From an uncultured Phycisphaerales bacterium (GTDB taxonomy: Bacteria > Planctomycetota > Phycisphaerae > Tepidisphaerales > Tepidisphaeraceae): a DNA stretch of 64,000 bases. The stretch lies in NCBI GenBank assembly GCA_963755915.1, contig CAVWLP010000003.1, forward strand, positions 288,001 through 352,000, given 5' to 3'. A program made the position numbers and the translations under genes. Numbering within the stretch: the stretch's first letter is position 1; each line of letters opens with the position of its first letter. Below are positions 22,175 to 33,602 of this stretch, piece by piece. The notes beneath the pieces are model-generated. The model was given only the letters and a program-made list of their open reading frames with translations, was not told the origin of the DNA and did no database searches.

Positions 22175-23338
22175 CTAGATGGCCGCCAATAGGGCGGAAT
22201 TGAGGGCTTCGTCGCTTAGCACGACGGGGTTGAAGTGCATGCTGGTGGTTTTTCGGGCCAGGGAAACTATTTCAGGGATGTGACCAGGACCGAGTCCGAA
22301 GTCCTTTAGCGGGGGGATTTTGAGGGTGCGAATCAACTTGAGCGTCCATTGAAAACAGGCGTCGATTGCCTCCTCGGGGTCGGGCGTCCGCTGGTCGGGC
22401 AGCCGGCGGCCTATCTGCGCGTATCGACGTAAGCTTTCGGTGGAATTGGCGGCGCGCAGGGCCTTTACGTTGGCGGCTATTACGTAGGGCAGAAGCGCGG
22501 CGCAGATGGTGCCGTGGGGGATGGGGAAATTGGCGCCGAGGGCGGCGGCGAAACCGTGAACGGCGCCGAGGCCGGCGCTGGTGAGGGTTTGGCCGCTGAG
22601 AAGCGCTGCCAGGGCCATGGCTTCGCGAGCCTTGAGATCGTTGCCGTTGAAGTAGGCGGCCTGGATATTTTCAGCGGCGAGGGGGATGCCGGTGAGGGCG
22701 AGGGAATCGGTGATGGGGGAGGCGGCGATGGAAGTATAGGATTCGATGAGTTGACAGAGGGCATCCATGCCGGAACTGGCCGTGACAGCGGGAGGGACGG
22801 TGACGCCCAATTCCGGATCGACGAGAGCGGCGCGGGCCAGGAGAAGCTCGCCGCGGATGCTGGCCTTGAATCGCTTTTCGGGCAGTCCGATGACGGCGTT
22901 GCGGGTGACCTCGGCGCCGGTGCCGGCGGTGGTGGGAATCGCCGTCCAGGGGGCGGCTTGGCGGGTGATTTTCTGGCCTTTGCCGACGACTTCCATGTAA
23001 TCAGTGGCCAAGCCGCCGTTGGTGAGCAATGCCGCGACGGCTTTGGCGGCGTCGATGGCGCTGCCGCCGCCGAGGCCGATGACCGAATCACAATTCTTTT
23101 GGCGTGCCTGCTCGACGGCGGCGTCGATTTGATCGGCGGTCGGCTCGCCGCGCTGGCGGAGGATCGTGGGTGAGAGTTTTGAATGAGACAGGTGGGCAAT
23201 GAGACGATCAAGGACGGCGTCGCTGTTGTGAATAACGAGCGGCGCCCGGCCGAGTGAAGCGGCGACATCGCCGGCGGTGCTGATTTTCCCGCGGCCGAAA
23301 ATGATGCGGTTGACGCCGAAGAATTCAAACGCCTGCAT
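22175..23338 (-). CDS. Iron-containing alcohol dehydrogenase
   Basis: GGGSAIDAAK, PTTAGTGAE, DALCQLIES, GAVHG, PHG. Confidence 0.92.
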   Translation of the reverse strand: MQAFEFFGVNRIIFGRGKISTAGDVAASLGRAPLVIHNSDAVLDRLIAHLSHSKLSPTILRQRGEPTADQIDAAVEQARQKNCDSVIGLGGGSAIDAAKAVAALLTNGGLATDYMEVVGKGQKITRQAAPWTAIPTTAGTGAEVTRNAVIGLPEKRFKASIRGELLLARAALVDPELGVTVPPAVTASSGMDALCQLIESYTSIAASPITDSLALTGIPLAAENIQAAYFNGNDLKAREAMALAALLSGQTLTSAGLGAVHGFAAALGANFPIPHGTICAALLPYVIAANVKALRAANSTESLRRYAQIGRRLPDQRTPDPEEAIDACFQWTLKLIRTLKIPPLKDFGLGPGHIPEIVSLARKTTSMHFNPVVLSDEALNSALLAAI

Positions 23339-23639
23339 CGGCTTGGTTTCCGAAAAAGATCGATTTGTGCTTTACGCCCTGGCGAGGCTGGGCCATCCAG
23401 TCAGACACCGCTTCCTTCCACCGCAAATAGTGCGGGGTCTGCTGGTGTGACGTGAAATCGTCTTTGGATTTGTAGACCTCATAGAGAAAAAACCGGCCCG
23501 GCTCGGCCTCTGCCTGGGATAGGTCGAAGCGAATATTGTTCGGCTCCAGCCGGGTGTTGCGGGCGTTATCGAGCGTAGCGGCGATGAATTGTTCGGTGAA
23601 CTGCGGTTTGACGAAGATTGTAACGGCGACGATGAACAT
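23325..23639 (-). CDS. ABM/LsrG-family protein
   Basis: EPNNIRFD..FFLYEVY..HQQTPHYLRWK. Confidence 0.8.
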   Translation of the reverse strand: MFIVAVTIFVKPQFTEQFIAATLDNARNTRLEPNNIRFDLSQAEAEPGRFFLYEVYKSKDDFTSHQQTPHYLRWKEAVSDWMAQPRQGVKHKSIFFGNQADAGV

Positions 23640-23660
23640 GGTGACCCAAAGGATACCGCG

Positions 23661-25917
23661 TCACACGGCATTTCCAATCTTCGCCGGCTTCATTCGGATT
23701 CTTGAAGTATTCACGACCCTCCCCGTCAGCACGATAAACGCCGGGAGCAGCAATGGCCGGACGATGAACGTGTCCACCAGCATGCCCAGGGCAAATGCAA
23801 ATCCGAGCTGAACCAGCAGCTTGATGTCCCCCGCCATGATGCTTCCCAGAGTGGCGGCCATGATGAGGCCGCAGGATGAAATCACCGGGCCGGTGAAGAT
23901 CAGGGCGCGCTCGATGGCTTCCTTTGGGGGGCGCGTCCTTGCTTCCTGTTCGTAGCGCAGGGCGAAAAAAATGCTGTAGTCCTGCCCGACCGCGACGAGC
24001 ACGATGTAGAGGAGCATCTGGACTTTCCATTCCAACTCGTGGGCCCCCAGCGCCTGAAAGACCCAGAGGGTGATGCCGAGCGTGGTGAGATAGCTGAGCG
24101 CGGTGGCGGCGAGGATGAAGATCGCCAGCGGGATATCGCGCAGAGTGAGCGAGACAACGATCGTAATTACGATCAGCGTGAGGGCGACGATCCGATTGAA
24201 ATCGTTGTGGGTGACGGCGGCAATGTCGATCATCTCTGCAGAGGCGCCGGTGAGATGGATGTCACCATCAAAATGAGCGGAAGCCGCGGTCTGCCGGACG
24301 GCGGCGGCGATATTTTTTACGGCGTGCAGGGCCTGATTTGAGAGCGGCGCGACCGTCAGGATCACGCTTAGACGCATCGCGCGGTTGTCGGGACTGATAA
24401 ACTGGCTGGTGATTTTCTCGTGACCAAGCAAAACCATCGCGGCGTTTTGGGCTGAATCGACGTGATAACCCAGCGGAGCCACGAGCGAGCGGACGTTATC
24501 CACATCTCCGATCGCGCGGATCGAAACGACGAACTGACTGCACAATTCGGCCCATGCGTCGGGCGAGATCGGCTGGCGTGCAACGGCCAGAACCGTCACC
24601 GGCGCGGTTTCGCCCGTGGGCCAGTGGCGCCGGGCCATCTCCAGGCCGCGCGCCGCCTGGTAGTTGGATTTCAGACTGGTGAGCGAATCGTAGCTCCACG
24701 GAATATTCAATCCCTGGATGGCCGGGAAGACGAGCAAACCGAGCGTCGAGACGAGAATGATCCGCGGGTGATGCACGACAAATCGGGAAATCGCGGCCCA
24801 GGCGCGCCAGCGATGCATTGCACCGTCCGACGAGACTTTCAAAACTTTCGCCGGCCAAAACGCCCGTGGACCCACAATTGCCAGCAGCGCCGGAACGAGA
24901 GTGGCCGCGGCAAGAGCCGCGATAACCAGCGCGAGCATCACGGCCGGCCCGGCGTGGCGGAATATGCTGAAGCGCGAAGCAGAGCATTGCCAGGCCGGAG
25001 ATCGTCATCACCGCCGAGGATGCGATCGTCCAGAGGCTGTGATCAAGCGATGAAGTAATCGCCTCAATATGGGTATGCCCCTCGCCGAGGAATTCGCGAT
25101 ATCGGCTCATGAACAGCAGCGAATAATCGACGCCGCCGCCGTAGAGCAGGACAAAGGTAAAGATCTCCTCGGCGGTTCCGCTGTGAACGCCGAAGGCTTC
25201 GCCGAGTGTGAGCAATTTCAGGGCGATTACTGCGGCCACGCTGATACCCGCCAGGGGGATCGCCGCTGCACACGGTGCGCGGTAGACCAGCAGCAAAATG
25301 ACGATCACGGAAATCAGCGTGACGAGAAGCGTTTTCTGGTGGCTGCGCTGGGTGGCGATCGCGTAGTCGTATCCGAACCCGGCCGAGCCGGTCACCGCGG
25401 CGGATAGTCTGGGAGGAAGAGATCTGCGCCAGGACGACGTTCTGAACGTGCCGAGCCACGCGCGCGGCCTGCTTGGTGATGTAGTTGAATGGCAGACTGA
25501 TCGAAATAATCGCCGCATGTCCATCCGGGCTGATCAGCGGATTGGCGTTGCCGGCGACGGCGATGCCGCCGGCGTCATGATGGAAATCTGCCTTAGCTCC
25601 TCCGCGGAAATATCCCCATCCCGTGGCTGCGCAATCTCCTGGCCGATGCTTTCGACCCTGGCAAGATCATCCGCTGTCAGGGGAGAATCCGTTCGCTCAA
25701 ATACAACGGCAACCGTGCTCAGCGCCGCGTTGCCGCCGAAATGCTTGGACATCTCTGCCAAGGCGACGTGGATTGCCGTATCGGACGGCAGGAGATCTGT
25801 TGATTCTCCCACCGTTGAATCTGCCGGATGGACAAAACATCCGAGACCAGCCGCAACCGCTATCCATAGCGACACGACGAGCCAGCGAAGTTGGTAAATT
25901 CGTCGTCCGAGGGACAC
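23661..25917 (-). CDS. MMPL-family membrane transporter (frameshifts near 25540 and 24970)
   Basis: GGGVDYSLL and AVGQDYSIF repeats, TGPVISSCGLIMA, DTFIVRPLLLPA. Confidence 0.85.
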
Positions 25918-26248
25918 GGGAGAATGCCGAATGAATTCGTCGGCTCACTCGATATCGGCATTTTAGAGCAAATCACCTTCAGTTGCGCGAGGAGTCGGGA
26001 ATCCCCAATGTGTCACACCTTACTCACTTTTTCTCACTTTTTCCCACTTTTTCGCGTTTTGGGAGGGGGAGAGGATTGACCTGGTGATTTCGAGAGGGGC
26101 TGATGTCCCACCATGTCTCGTTTTATCCCGATTTTGAGAATTTTTTCCGAGTGCCGGGGTAGCGGGGAGCGTTGAAGATGGAAAGCAGAATGGTCATGAG
26201 GATGAGCGCTGAATGCGTCATGTGATCGATTGGAAAGAGTGTGCATCT

Positions 26249-27325
26249 TGCTCTGTCTCAATCCTCATAGGTTGAGGATAAGCATGACGTTGTGGGTAAC
26301 GGCTCTGAGCAAAAGATCCCTCTTCCGCCCCCAGGCGGTCCGGGAACGGCACGCTGAACCCAGATTACGTTTCACCATGCTGTTTACCGTCTCACTCTGC
26401 CAGCGTTGACAATAACGCTTATGGTCCGGCAGTCCCCGCTTCAGCCGTCGTGACATCAGACGGCGGTAGCGAGTCGTCGGTTCGCGATTCCACAGCCAGC
26501 CCCGTCGGGCGGGGATGATCGAGCGAACCTTCAGGACCTCTCTTGCCAAGCGGTGATTGGCCTCTGAATCGAAACCCGCATCCGCCAGCACCACGCGCGG
26601 ACGCATTCGAGAACAGGCACGCGACAACAGCGGTGCAAAGTGGGCATGATCGGTTCCCAGGCCAGTGGTCGCTTGTGCCGCAACGATCAAATGGGATGCG
26701 GCCTGAACCGCCAGCGAAAGCTTGGGCAATTGTTTGGCGGTTGCAGATCGGCGTCGATTCACTCGCTGGGGCGTCGGGTTGGGCTGGAATTTCAGAGCAT
26801 TTTCGTTGCGTCTCTTCTCAAAATACCGACTGACGTGATGGTGTTCAAACCAACTGGAATCCAGCGTAATCAGATGGAAAAGATCATTGCCAACCGACTT
26901 GCCTACTTTTTTTTCTTGCGACGTTGCGCCTGCTTGGCCACAGCGATGGACAGGTCCAGCATCGTTTCGACCAGCCGGGGTTTGACCAGCCGATGAAACG
27001 CCCGACACAGCGTGTTGTGATCCGGCACTTTTTTCAGGCCGATGTCCTGACACCACTGCGGACAATCCTCCAGAAGCGCCACCAGCCCGCGATAACTCTT
27101 TTTCTGATGCTCACGTAAAACCAGACAGGCAAACAACTGGGGATCAGTAAAATCTTTGCGGCTGAACTTCGAGCGACCCTTCAGACAGGCCAATCCCAAT
27201 GCATAAGCCGCATTCAGTACCTTCCGTGGCGATTTGCAGGTCTCCATCCTGCATGATGTAACAACTCAACGCCGAATGCGCAAATTTCTGCAAGGTCGCT
27301 TCGCGTCGAGGATTGAGACAGAGCA
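26249..27325 (-). mobile_element. IS5-family-like insertion sequence, 1077 bp
   Basis: Perfect 18-bp terminal IR TGCTCTGTCTCAATCCTC; 9-bp target duplication TGTGCATCT (26240-26248 and 27326-27334). Confidence 0.92.
26265..27247 (-). CDS. DDE transposase split at an A8 run (26907-26914)
   Basis: PDHNTL, LDSS, LADAGFDS, YCQRWQSETVNSMVKR motifs. Confidence 0.85.
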
Positions 27326-27453
27326 TGTGCATCTATATACAGGTCCAAAGGGTGTACGTTTTGGACCTATTTTTGAAAAATCGGGGAATTTTTTGTTGGC
27401 GATTGTTGAGAATGCAAAGAATCTGACAAGGCGGCAATGAATGAGGCGTGCGG

Positions 27454-28335
27454 TCACGCCGCGCGGTCGTCGCGGGTCCATTTGTGGCGCAGTTGGCGGG
27501 CGGCTCGGTTGAAAGAAATCGTGAAGCGGATCAGGAGATAAAGCGACCAGAGTATGAACAGCACGCCTGCGGTCGCCATGACCAGCGCCAGCATCAGCGC
27601 GACATCAGATCTTTCCCACCAAAAATCGCCGAGCCCGAACATGCGGTGGTATATATTGATAAAACCAATTGCGAAGACATAGCAGACGGCGAGCGAAGCC
27701 CCAACTCCGACAATCAGGCAATGTTCGGCCAGATGCGCACTGCGCGCCCGAACCGCCAGCCCGCGCAAACGCAGAAACACCAGCAGCGGCAGCAAAAATA
27801 AACCGGCGAACAGAAGCCATATCAGGGTCAGGTTCACATCCGGATAGTCGACACGATAATGCCGCGGGTGGTACGGTAGCACATACACCCATTCCAAAGC
27901 CGCAGCGGCCACTAGAAAAAACGGAAGGATACGAAGCAGTCTCCGCAACCACCGATCCGCAACGTCCGCCGGCGCGTAACCCTCCCGGCGGGTCAGCAGA
28001 AGAACGCCGAACAAAAGTATAAGCACAGCAAGATCCAACCCCCACGCGCCAAAATTGGGGTAATGCAGCGACAGGATGCTGGCAGAGTGCCCCACATCGT
28101 TCGCCACAAACAGCGTCCAGAGCACCATCGTGACAATCGCCAGCAGTATAAGATTCGACCCCCTTGCAATCGTCCTGAGCCATTTCGGCCGCGTGTTGTG
28201 CAGCTCATCCGTCACCCGCCGGCTGCGTTCCGCCAGCAGCCCGCATTCGGGGCAGGGCTGGTCGTCGGCAATGCCGCGCAGGTCGTAGCCGCAGCGGTAG
28301 CATTGGCCGGAGGATTCTGTTGGCGTCTGGCTCAC
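27454..28335 (-). CDS. Membrane protein with N-terminal zinc ribbon
   Basis: CYRCGYDLRG..CPECG followed by about six TM helices. Confidence 0.75.
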   Translation of the reverse strand: MSQTPTESSGQCYRCGYDLRGIADDQPCPECGLLAERSRRVTDELHNTRPKWLRTIARGSNLILLAIVTMVLWTLFVANDVGHSASILSLHYPNFGAWGLDLAVLILLFGVLLLTRREGYAPADVADRWLRRLLRILPFFLVAAAALEWVYVLPYHPRHYRVDYPDVNLTLIWLLFAGLFLLPLLVFLRLRGLAVRARSAHLAEHCLIVGVGASLAVCYVFAIGFINIYHRMFGLGDFWWERSDVALMLALVMATAGVLFILWSLYLLIRFTISFNRAARQLRHKWTRDDRAA

Positions 28336-28670
28336 CTTTGATAAGACGGATTATATCGCTTTACTTCCGCGCATTTTCGGCTCGCGCGGTACTGGGGGAG
28401 AGGGGAAGCGGACGCAGTCCGCGCGGGGTGAAGACTGCCGGTGTGCGAGATTTTTTCAGCCTCAAATCTCCCGGAGTAGCGTTTGTCATTACTCACATTC
28501 ATTGGGGTGAAACGGCTGGAGTTACATCGGAAAAGACGGAGGAGTGTTTTCGGTTGTGGCCTGTGTGACGGGAAGATTCGTTGGCTCGAATATCACGGGC
28601 GGTTCCGCCGGGCGCGCACATGGCTGGCCTGGTGACGGTCGGGGCGGCCTTGGGGTGTTGGGCGGGAAAG

Positions 28671-28717
28671 CGCCGTGCGGTTCGACACAGCTCACCGAAA
28701 TCAAGCACGGCGGCTAC
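28671..28717 (-). repeat. GTAG-type REP-like hairpin interrupted by a 24-bp insert (28678-28701)
   Basis: Removing 24 nt gives the perfect hairpin CGCCGTGC-AA-GCACGGCG followed by GCTAC. Confidence 0.7.
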
Positions 28718-28792
28718 ACGGGGAGAAGGTGGGGGCGGCCTTAGGCCTGAGCTTCGTGGAGTTCCCGGCGAGGGGAGAGTGCCGAACAATGG

Positions 28793-29461
28793 CTAGGATT
28801 TGATCCCCATCGCCTGAAAGAAACTTTCGGCCAAAATCTCCGACGGTTGGGCAAATATCAATTTCGCCCCGGCATCCCGAAGTTCTTCGGCCTTATGCGT
28901 CGTGGTTACCGCCACCGGCAGCATCCCCGCCGCGACGGCGGCTGCTATTCCTGTGGGGGCATCCTCGATCACGGCGCAATCGCTCGGATCGACAGCCAGG
29001 CGTTTTGCGGCGATCAGAAATACATCGGGCGCGGGCTTGCCGCGGTGAACTTCTGAGCCGTTTACCGTTGCGTCGAAAAACGATCGCAATTTCCCCGCAT
29101 CGAGCACCAGGTTTACATTCTCCGGGGGGGCCGAGGAACCTACGGCGATCCGAATCCCCCGCGCTTTCAGATCCTTCAAAACATCTGCAATGCCCGGCGC
29201 GAGGGGAACATTGGCGCGAATGATGTCGCGAAACGCCGCCTCTTTGGCCTCGGCAATTTCATCCGACTCGGCGGGCGGAATCTGCGGCCCAAAGAGAATC
29301 CGGATGCAATCGCGATTCACCCGCCCGAAACAGGAGAGAAATGTCTCGTACTTCAGCTCGACGCCGCGCGGTTTGGCGGCCGCCAGCCAGCTTTGCCAGT
29401 GGGCGGCTTCGGTGAGGACGATGACGCCATCCATGTCGAAAATCACGGCCTTGGGTGGCAT
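28793..29461 (-). CDS. HAD-family phosphatase (beta-phosphoglucomutase-like)
   Basis: FDMDGV, GKPAPD, IEDA..G motifs; last gene of the ara operon. Confidence 0.88.
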   Translation of the reverse strand: MPPKAVIFDMDGVIVLTEAAHWQSWLAAAKPRGVELKYETFLSCFGRVNRDCIRILFGPQIPPAESDEIAEAKEAAFRDIIRANVPLAPGIADVLKDLKARGIRIAVGSSAPPENVNLVLDAGKLRSFFDATVNGSEVHRGKPAPDVFLIAAKRLAVDPSDCAVIEDAPTGIAAAVAAGMLPVAVTTTHKAEELRDAGAKLIFAQPSEILAESFFQAMGIKS

Positions 29462-29467
29462 CGCGAA

Positions 29468-30175
29468 TTACCGCTTTTCCTGGCCGTAATAGGCTTTGGC
29501 TCCGTGCTTGCGGAGGAAATGTTTATCGAGCAAGTCCTGGGGAATCGGGCTGAGGTTGGGATTCAGGGCCAGGGTGTGAAGGGCCATGTGGGCGGAAAAC
29601 TCCAGGACGATGGCATTTTCGACCGCTTTTTCGGCGGTCGCGCCCCAGGCAAAGGGGGCATGGCTGGCGATGAGTACGCCGGGGACGTTTGCCGGGTCGA
29701 TCTTGCCGCCGCGGAAACGCTCTACGATGGCCTTGCCGGTGTTCAGCTCGTAGTCGCTCTCGATTTCCGCGGGCGTAAGCTGGCGAGTCACCGGGATGGC
29801 GCCATAGAAGTTGTCGGCGTGGGTGGTGCCGAAGCAGGGGATTTCGCGATTTGCCTGGGCGAAACAGGTGCCGTAGAGGGAGTGGGTGTGGGCGACGCCG
29901 CCGAGGGATTCGAACTGCTGGTAAAGGAGCAGATGCGTCGGGGTATCCGACGACGGCTTGGTCGTGCCGTCAACGATCTCGCCGGTGGCGATGGAAAGGA
30001 CGACGATGTCGTTGGGCTGAAGCTTGTCGTACGGGACGCCGCTGGGCTTGATGGCCATCACGCCTTCTTTGCGATCGGCGGCGCTGGCGTTGCCCCAGGT
30101 CAGGGTAACCAGTCCCGCTTCCACCAGCGCGAGGTTGGCGCGAAGGACCCGCTTTTTGAGTTCGTCGTATGGCAT
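29468..30175 (-). CDS. araD: L-ribulose-5-phosphate 4-epimerase
   Basis: TWGNAS, IKPSG, PSSDTPTH, HTHS, GTTHAD, KHGAKAYYGQ. Confidence 0.95.
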   Translation of the reverse strand: MPYDELKKRVLRANLALVEAGLVTLTWGNASAADRKEGVMAIKPSGVPYDKLQPNDIVVLSIATGEIVDGTTKPSSDTPTHLLLYQQFESLGGVAHTHSLYGTCFAQANREIPCFGTTHADNFYGAIPVTRQLTPAEIESDYELNTGKAIVERFRGGKIDPANVPGVLIASHAPFAWGATAEKAVENAIVLEFSAHMALHTLALNPNLSPIPQDLLDKHFLRKHGAKAYYGQEKR

Positions 30176-30185
30176 TGTGACCCGA

Positions 30186-31715
30186 TTATACCTGCCCCAG
30201 CCCCTGAGCGAGATGATAGTACACTTCGTTCGAACGGAGCATCTGCAGGAACAACGGCAACTTGGTTTGGCCGTCGATCCGAACCAGCTCCACCCCGGCA
30301 ATATCCGCGAACGACTGCATATGCTCCATGTTCACGGCATAGCTGTAGGCGGTGTGATGGGCGCCGCCGGCGTAAATCCATGCGGCGCACGCGGTCTTGA
30401 AATCCGGCCGGCATTTCCAAACCGCCCGGGCCACCGGCAGCTTGGGCAACGGATGGGGCGGGACGATGGCGTCGACCTCATTGACGATCAGGCGAAACCG
30501 ATTCCCCAGATCGATCAGCGATGCGTTAATCGCCGCTCCCGCCGGGGCGTCGAACACCAATCGCACCGGGTCGGCCTTGCCGCCGATTCCCAGGGGATGA
30601 ATCTCGAGCGACGGCTTTCCCGCCGCGATCGAGGAGCAGACTTCCAGCATATGCGCACCCAGCACCAGCGGCTGGCTGGGATCGAGATGATAGGTGTAAT
30701 CCTCCATGAACGACGTCCCACCCTCCATCCCGTGCGCCATTGTCTTGAGCGATCGCAGCAACGCACAGGTTTTCCAATCTCCCTCGGCTCCAAATCCATA
30801 CCCGTCGTTCATGAGCCGTTGCACTGCCAGCCCCGGCAACTGCTTCAAGCCATGCAGATCTTCAAACGTCGTGGTGAAGCCTTTAAAATTTCCCTGCTCC
30901 AGAAACGCCCGCAGGCCCAGCTCGATCCTGGCGCCGTCGCGAAGCGATTCGTGGCGGGCGCCGCCGGAGCGCAGCTCGGCTGCTACCGCGTATTGCGATT
31001 CATAGTCTTTGCATAGCGAGGTAATCGCGCCGTCGCCGACTTCATTGACATACCTGACCACGTCTCCCACGCCATAGCCATTGACCGCAAACCCGAAGCG
31101 GTTTTCCGCGGCGACTTTGTCTCCGTCCGTGACGGCGACGAATCGCATATTGTCGCCGATGCGGGCGAATCGAGCGCCCTGCAAATCATTCCACCCCGCG
31201 GCGGCGCACGACCAGGTGGCGATCTGGGTCTGCACGTCGGGATCTGTCCAGTGGCCGACGACGACCTTGCGATTCAGCCGCATTCGCGTGTGCATGAACC
31301 CCGCCTCGCGATCCCCATGCGCGGACTGGTTGAGGTTCATGAAATCCATGTCGATCGTCGCCCACGGCAGATCGCGATTGAACTGTGTATGCAAATGCAG
31401 CATCGGCTTGCGAAGCGCCCTCAGGCCGCCGATCCACATCTTGGAGGGGGAGAAGGTGTGCATCCAAAGGACGACGCCCACGCATTTGGGAGAGGAGCTG
31501 GCCTCGGTGCAAATGGCGCGAATATCCTCCGGCGTCGTCTGGACGCCCCGCTCGACGACGCGGATGGGAATGCGTTTCGAATCGTTCAAACCGCGCACGA
31601 CGCTGCCGGCGTCGGCGGCAACCTGCTTGAGCGTTTCCGGGCCATATAGATGCTGGCTTCCGGTGAGAAACCAGAGTTCGAGTTCCTTAAAGGGGTCTTT
31701 CACAGAGCTGGGCAT
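30186..31715 (-). CDS. araA: L-arabinose isomerase
   Basis: [40 protein letters not shown]. Confidence 0.97.
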   Translation of the reverse strand: MPSSVKDPFKELELWFLTGSQHLYGPETLKQVAADAGSVVRGLNDSKRIPIRVVERGVQTTPEDIRAICTEASSSPKCVGVVLWMHTFSPSKMWIGGLRALRKPMLHLHTQFNRDLPWATIDMDFMNLNQSAHGDREAGFMHTRMRLNRKVVVGHWTDPDVQTQIATWSCAAAGWNDLQGARFARIGDNMRFVAVTDGDKVAAENRFGFAVNGYGVGDVVRYVNEVGDGAITSLCKDYESQYAVAAELRSGGARHESLRDGARIELGLRAFLEQGNFKGFTTTFEDLHGLKQLPGLAVQRLMNDGYGFGAEGDWKTCALLRSLKTMAHGMEGGTSFMEDYTYHLDPSQPLVLGAHMLEVCSSIAAGKPSLEIHPLGIGGKADPVRLVFDAPAGAAINASLIDLGNRFRLIVNEVDAIVPPHPLPKLPVARAVWKCRPDFKTACAAWIYAGGAHHTAYSYAVNMEHMQSFADIAGVELVRIDGQTKLPLFLQMLRSNEVYYHLAQGLGQV

Positions 31716-31735
31716 TGGGACTTCCCGCAAAATCT

Positions 31736-33427
31736 TTATGCGACGCCGCGCACTTTGTCGCGGATCGCCAGCAGTTCTTTCATGACATCCGAGAGATCGG
31801 CCTTTTGGCCGGCGATGCCGAAGGCATCATGCAGCCGCCGATAGAGCCGATAGAGTTTTTCGTAGGTGGCGGCGCGCCTGGGGTCCGGATCAAACGGCTT
31901 TTCGTTGACAGCGGTCATCGCGTCAATGGCTTCCTGGAAATTGTCGTATCCCCCCTGCCCTTTTCCCGCGACAACGCTGGCCGCCACTGCTGATCCGAGG
32001 GCGCAGGTCTGAAGGCTGCGGGACACGCAGATTTGCCGGTTCATGACATCGGCGTAAATCTGCATGGCGAGGGGATTGCGCGCGGAAATTCCGCCGCAAT
32101 TGACGACGCGGCGCACGGGTACACCATATTCCTCCAGGCGTTCCATGATGACCCGCGATCCCATTGCCGTCGATTCGATTAAGGCTCGATAGATTTCGGC
32201 TGGCGAGCTGTGCAGCGTCAGGCCCAAAATCAGTCCGCTTAAGCGCTGATCGACGAGGATCGTCCGATTGCCGTTGAACCAGTCCAAGCAGAGCAATCCG
32301 CTCTCTCCCGGCCGAAGTCCCTCGGCGGCGGCCGTCAGTGCCTGGTGCGATCCTGACTCCTCACCGCCTGGCTGAATTTTGCTGACGAACCAGTTGAAAA
32401 TATCCCCTACCGCTGATTGGCCGGCCTCCAAGCCAAAATAATTCGGCAGAACCGAGTCCGGCACGATGCCGCACAAACCCGGCACATCCGCGATTGCCCG
32501 CGACTTCGGCGCTACCATGATATCACACGTCGAAGTCCCCATGATTTTGACCAATGTTCCGTCGGAAATTCCCGCGCCGATGGCCCCGAGGTGGGCATCG
32601 AACGCCCCGATGGCGACGGGTATCCCCTCCGGAAGGTTGAGTTTTCCGGCCCACTCGGCGCTTAGCTTCCCCGCTGCATGGGCCACATTTTCGCATTTCG
32701 CCGGCAGCGTCTTGCGAACGCGAACCAGCGCCGAATTCAGCATCCCCAGAAAGGCCTCGTCCGGGTATCCGCCCCACTCCGGGTTGTAAAACGCTTTGTG
32801 CCCCGCCGCGCAAACACCGCGGCGAATTTCGTTCGCATCCTTCGCCCCCGTGAGCACTGCCGGAATCCAATCTGCGATTTCAATCCACGTATAAGCCGCC
32901 TCAAAAACCGTCGGCTGGGTTCGCGCGCAGCGTAGGAGCTTCGCCCAGAACCATTCCGATGAATATCGCCCCCCGATCTTGCTCATGAATTTCGGGCGAT
33001 GTTTCAGCCCCAGCGCCGTGATCTCTTCCGCTTCGTCGTGAGCGGTGTGATCTTTCCAGAGCCACGCCATCGCATGGGGATTGCCGGCGAAACCCGGGAG
33101 CATCGCCAGGCTTCGCCCTTGCCGGTCCACCGGCATCGGTGTGCTGCCGGTCGTGTCGACCCCGATCCCAATCACGCTATTGGCGGAAAATTCCCCATCC
33201 GTCGCGGCGTGCTCCAGCGCCTGGGTGATTCCGCGCGAAATCGCCTCGAGGTAATCCGCTGGATTTTGGCGAGCGAGGTCGGCATCGGTATCGTCGAGCA
33301 CGACGCCGGCATCGCCGGTGGGATAATCCGCAACGAACGAGGCCAGTTCCCTGCCGTTGCGGACGTCCACGATCAGCGTCCGCATCGAGTTTGTTCCGAA
33401 GTCCAGTCCTATGACGTATCGGCCCAC
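31736..33427 (-). CDS. araB: Ribulokinase
   Basis: [44 protein letters not shown]. Confidence 0.95.
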   Translation of the reverse strand: MGRYVIGLDFGTNSMRTLIVDVRNGRELASFVADYPTGDAGVVLDDTDADLARQNPADYLEAISRGITQALEHAATDGEFSANSVIGIGVDTTGSTPMPVDRQGRSLAMLPGFAGNPHAMAWLWKDHTAHDEAEEITALGLKHRPKFMSKIGGRYSSEWFWAKLLRCARTQPTVFEAAYTWIEIADWIPAVLTGAKDANEIRRGVCAAGHKAFYNPEWGGYPDEAFLGMLNSALVRVRKTLPAKCENVAHAAGKLSAEWAGKLNLPEGIPVAIGAFDAHLGAIGAGISDGTLVKIMGTSTCDIMVAPKSRAIADVPGLCGIVPDSVLPNYFGLEAGQSAVGDIFNWFVSKIQPGGEESGSHQALTAAAEGLRPGESGLLCLDWFNGNRTILVDQRLSGLILGLTLHSSPAEIYRALIESTAMGSRVIMERLEEYGVPVRRVVNCGGISARNPLAMQIYADVMNRQICVSRSLQTCALGSAVAASVVAGKGQGGYDNFQEAIDAMTAVNEKPFDPDPRRAATYEKLYRLYRRLHDAFGIAGQKADLSDVMKELLAIRDKVRGVA

Positions 33428-33602
33428 GGACAGATCCTTTCAGAGTGGCAAAAAGACCGAAATTAGTGCAACGGGATAGGATGTCAAGCCGTTGCACCCC
33501 CATTGTTTAGGGGGGCCTCTATTTTTACGGGCCAAGTTGGTTACCTTCGCTCCCCGACTGCCATATTCACAATGGCGAAGATTTGTTTCCGAGGCTCTGG
33601 CG

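Noticed and set aside
28745-28765. CCTGAGCTTCGTGGAG as a fifth micro-element copy
   Set aside because: Core has a mismatch and the flanks do not pair; may be a decayed relative but cannot be supported
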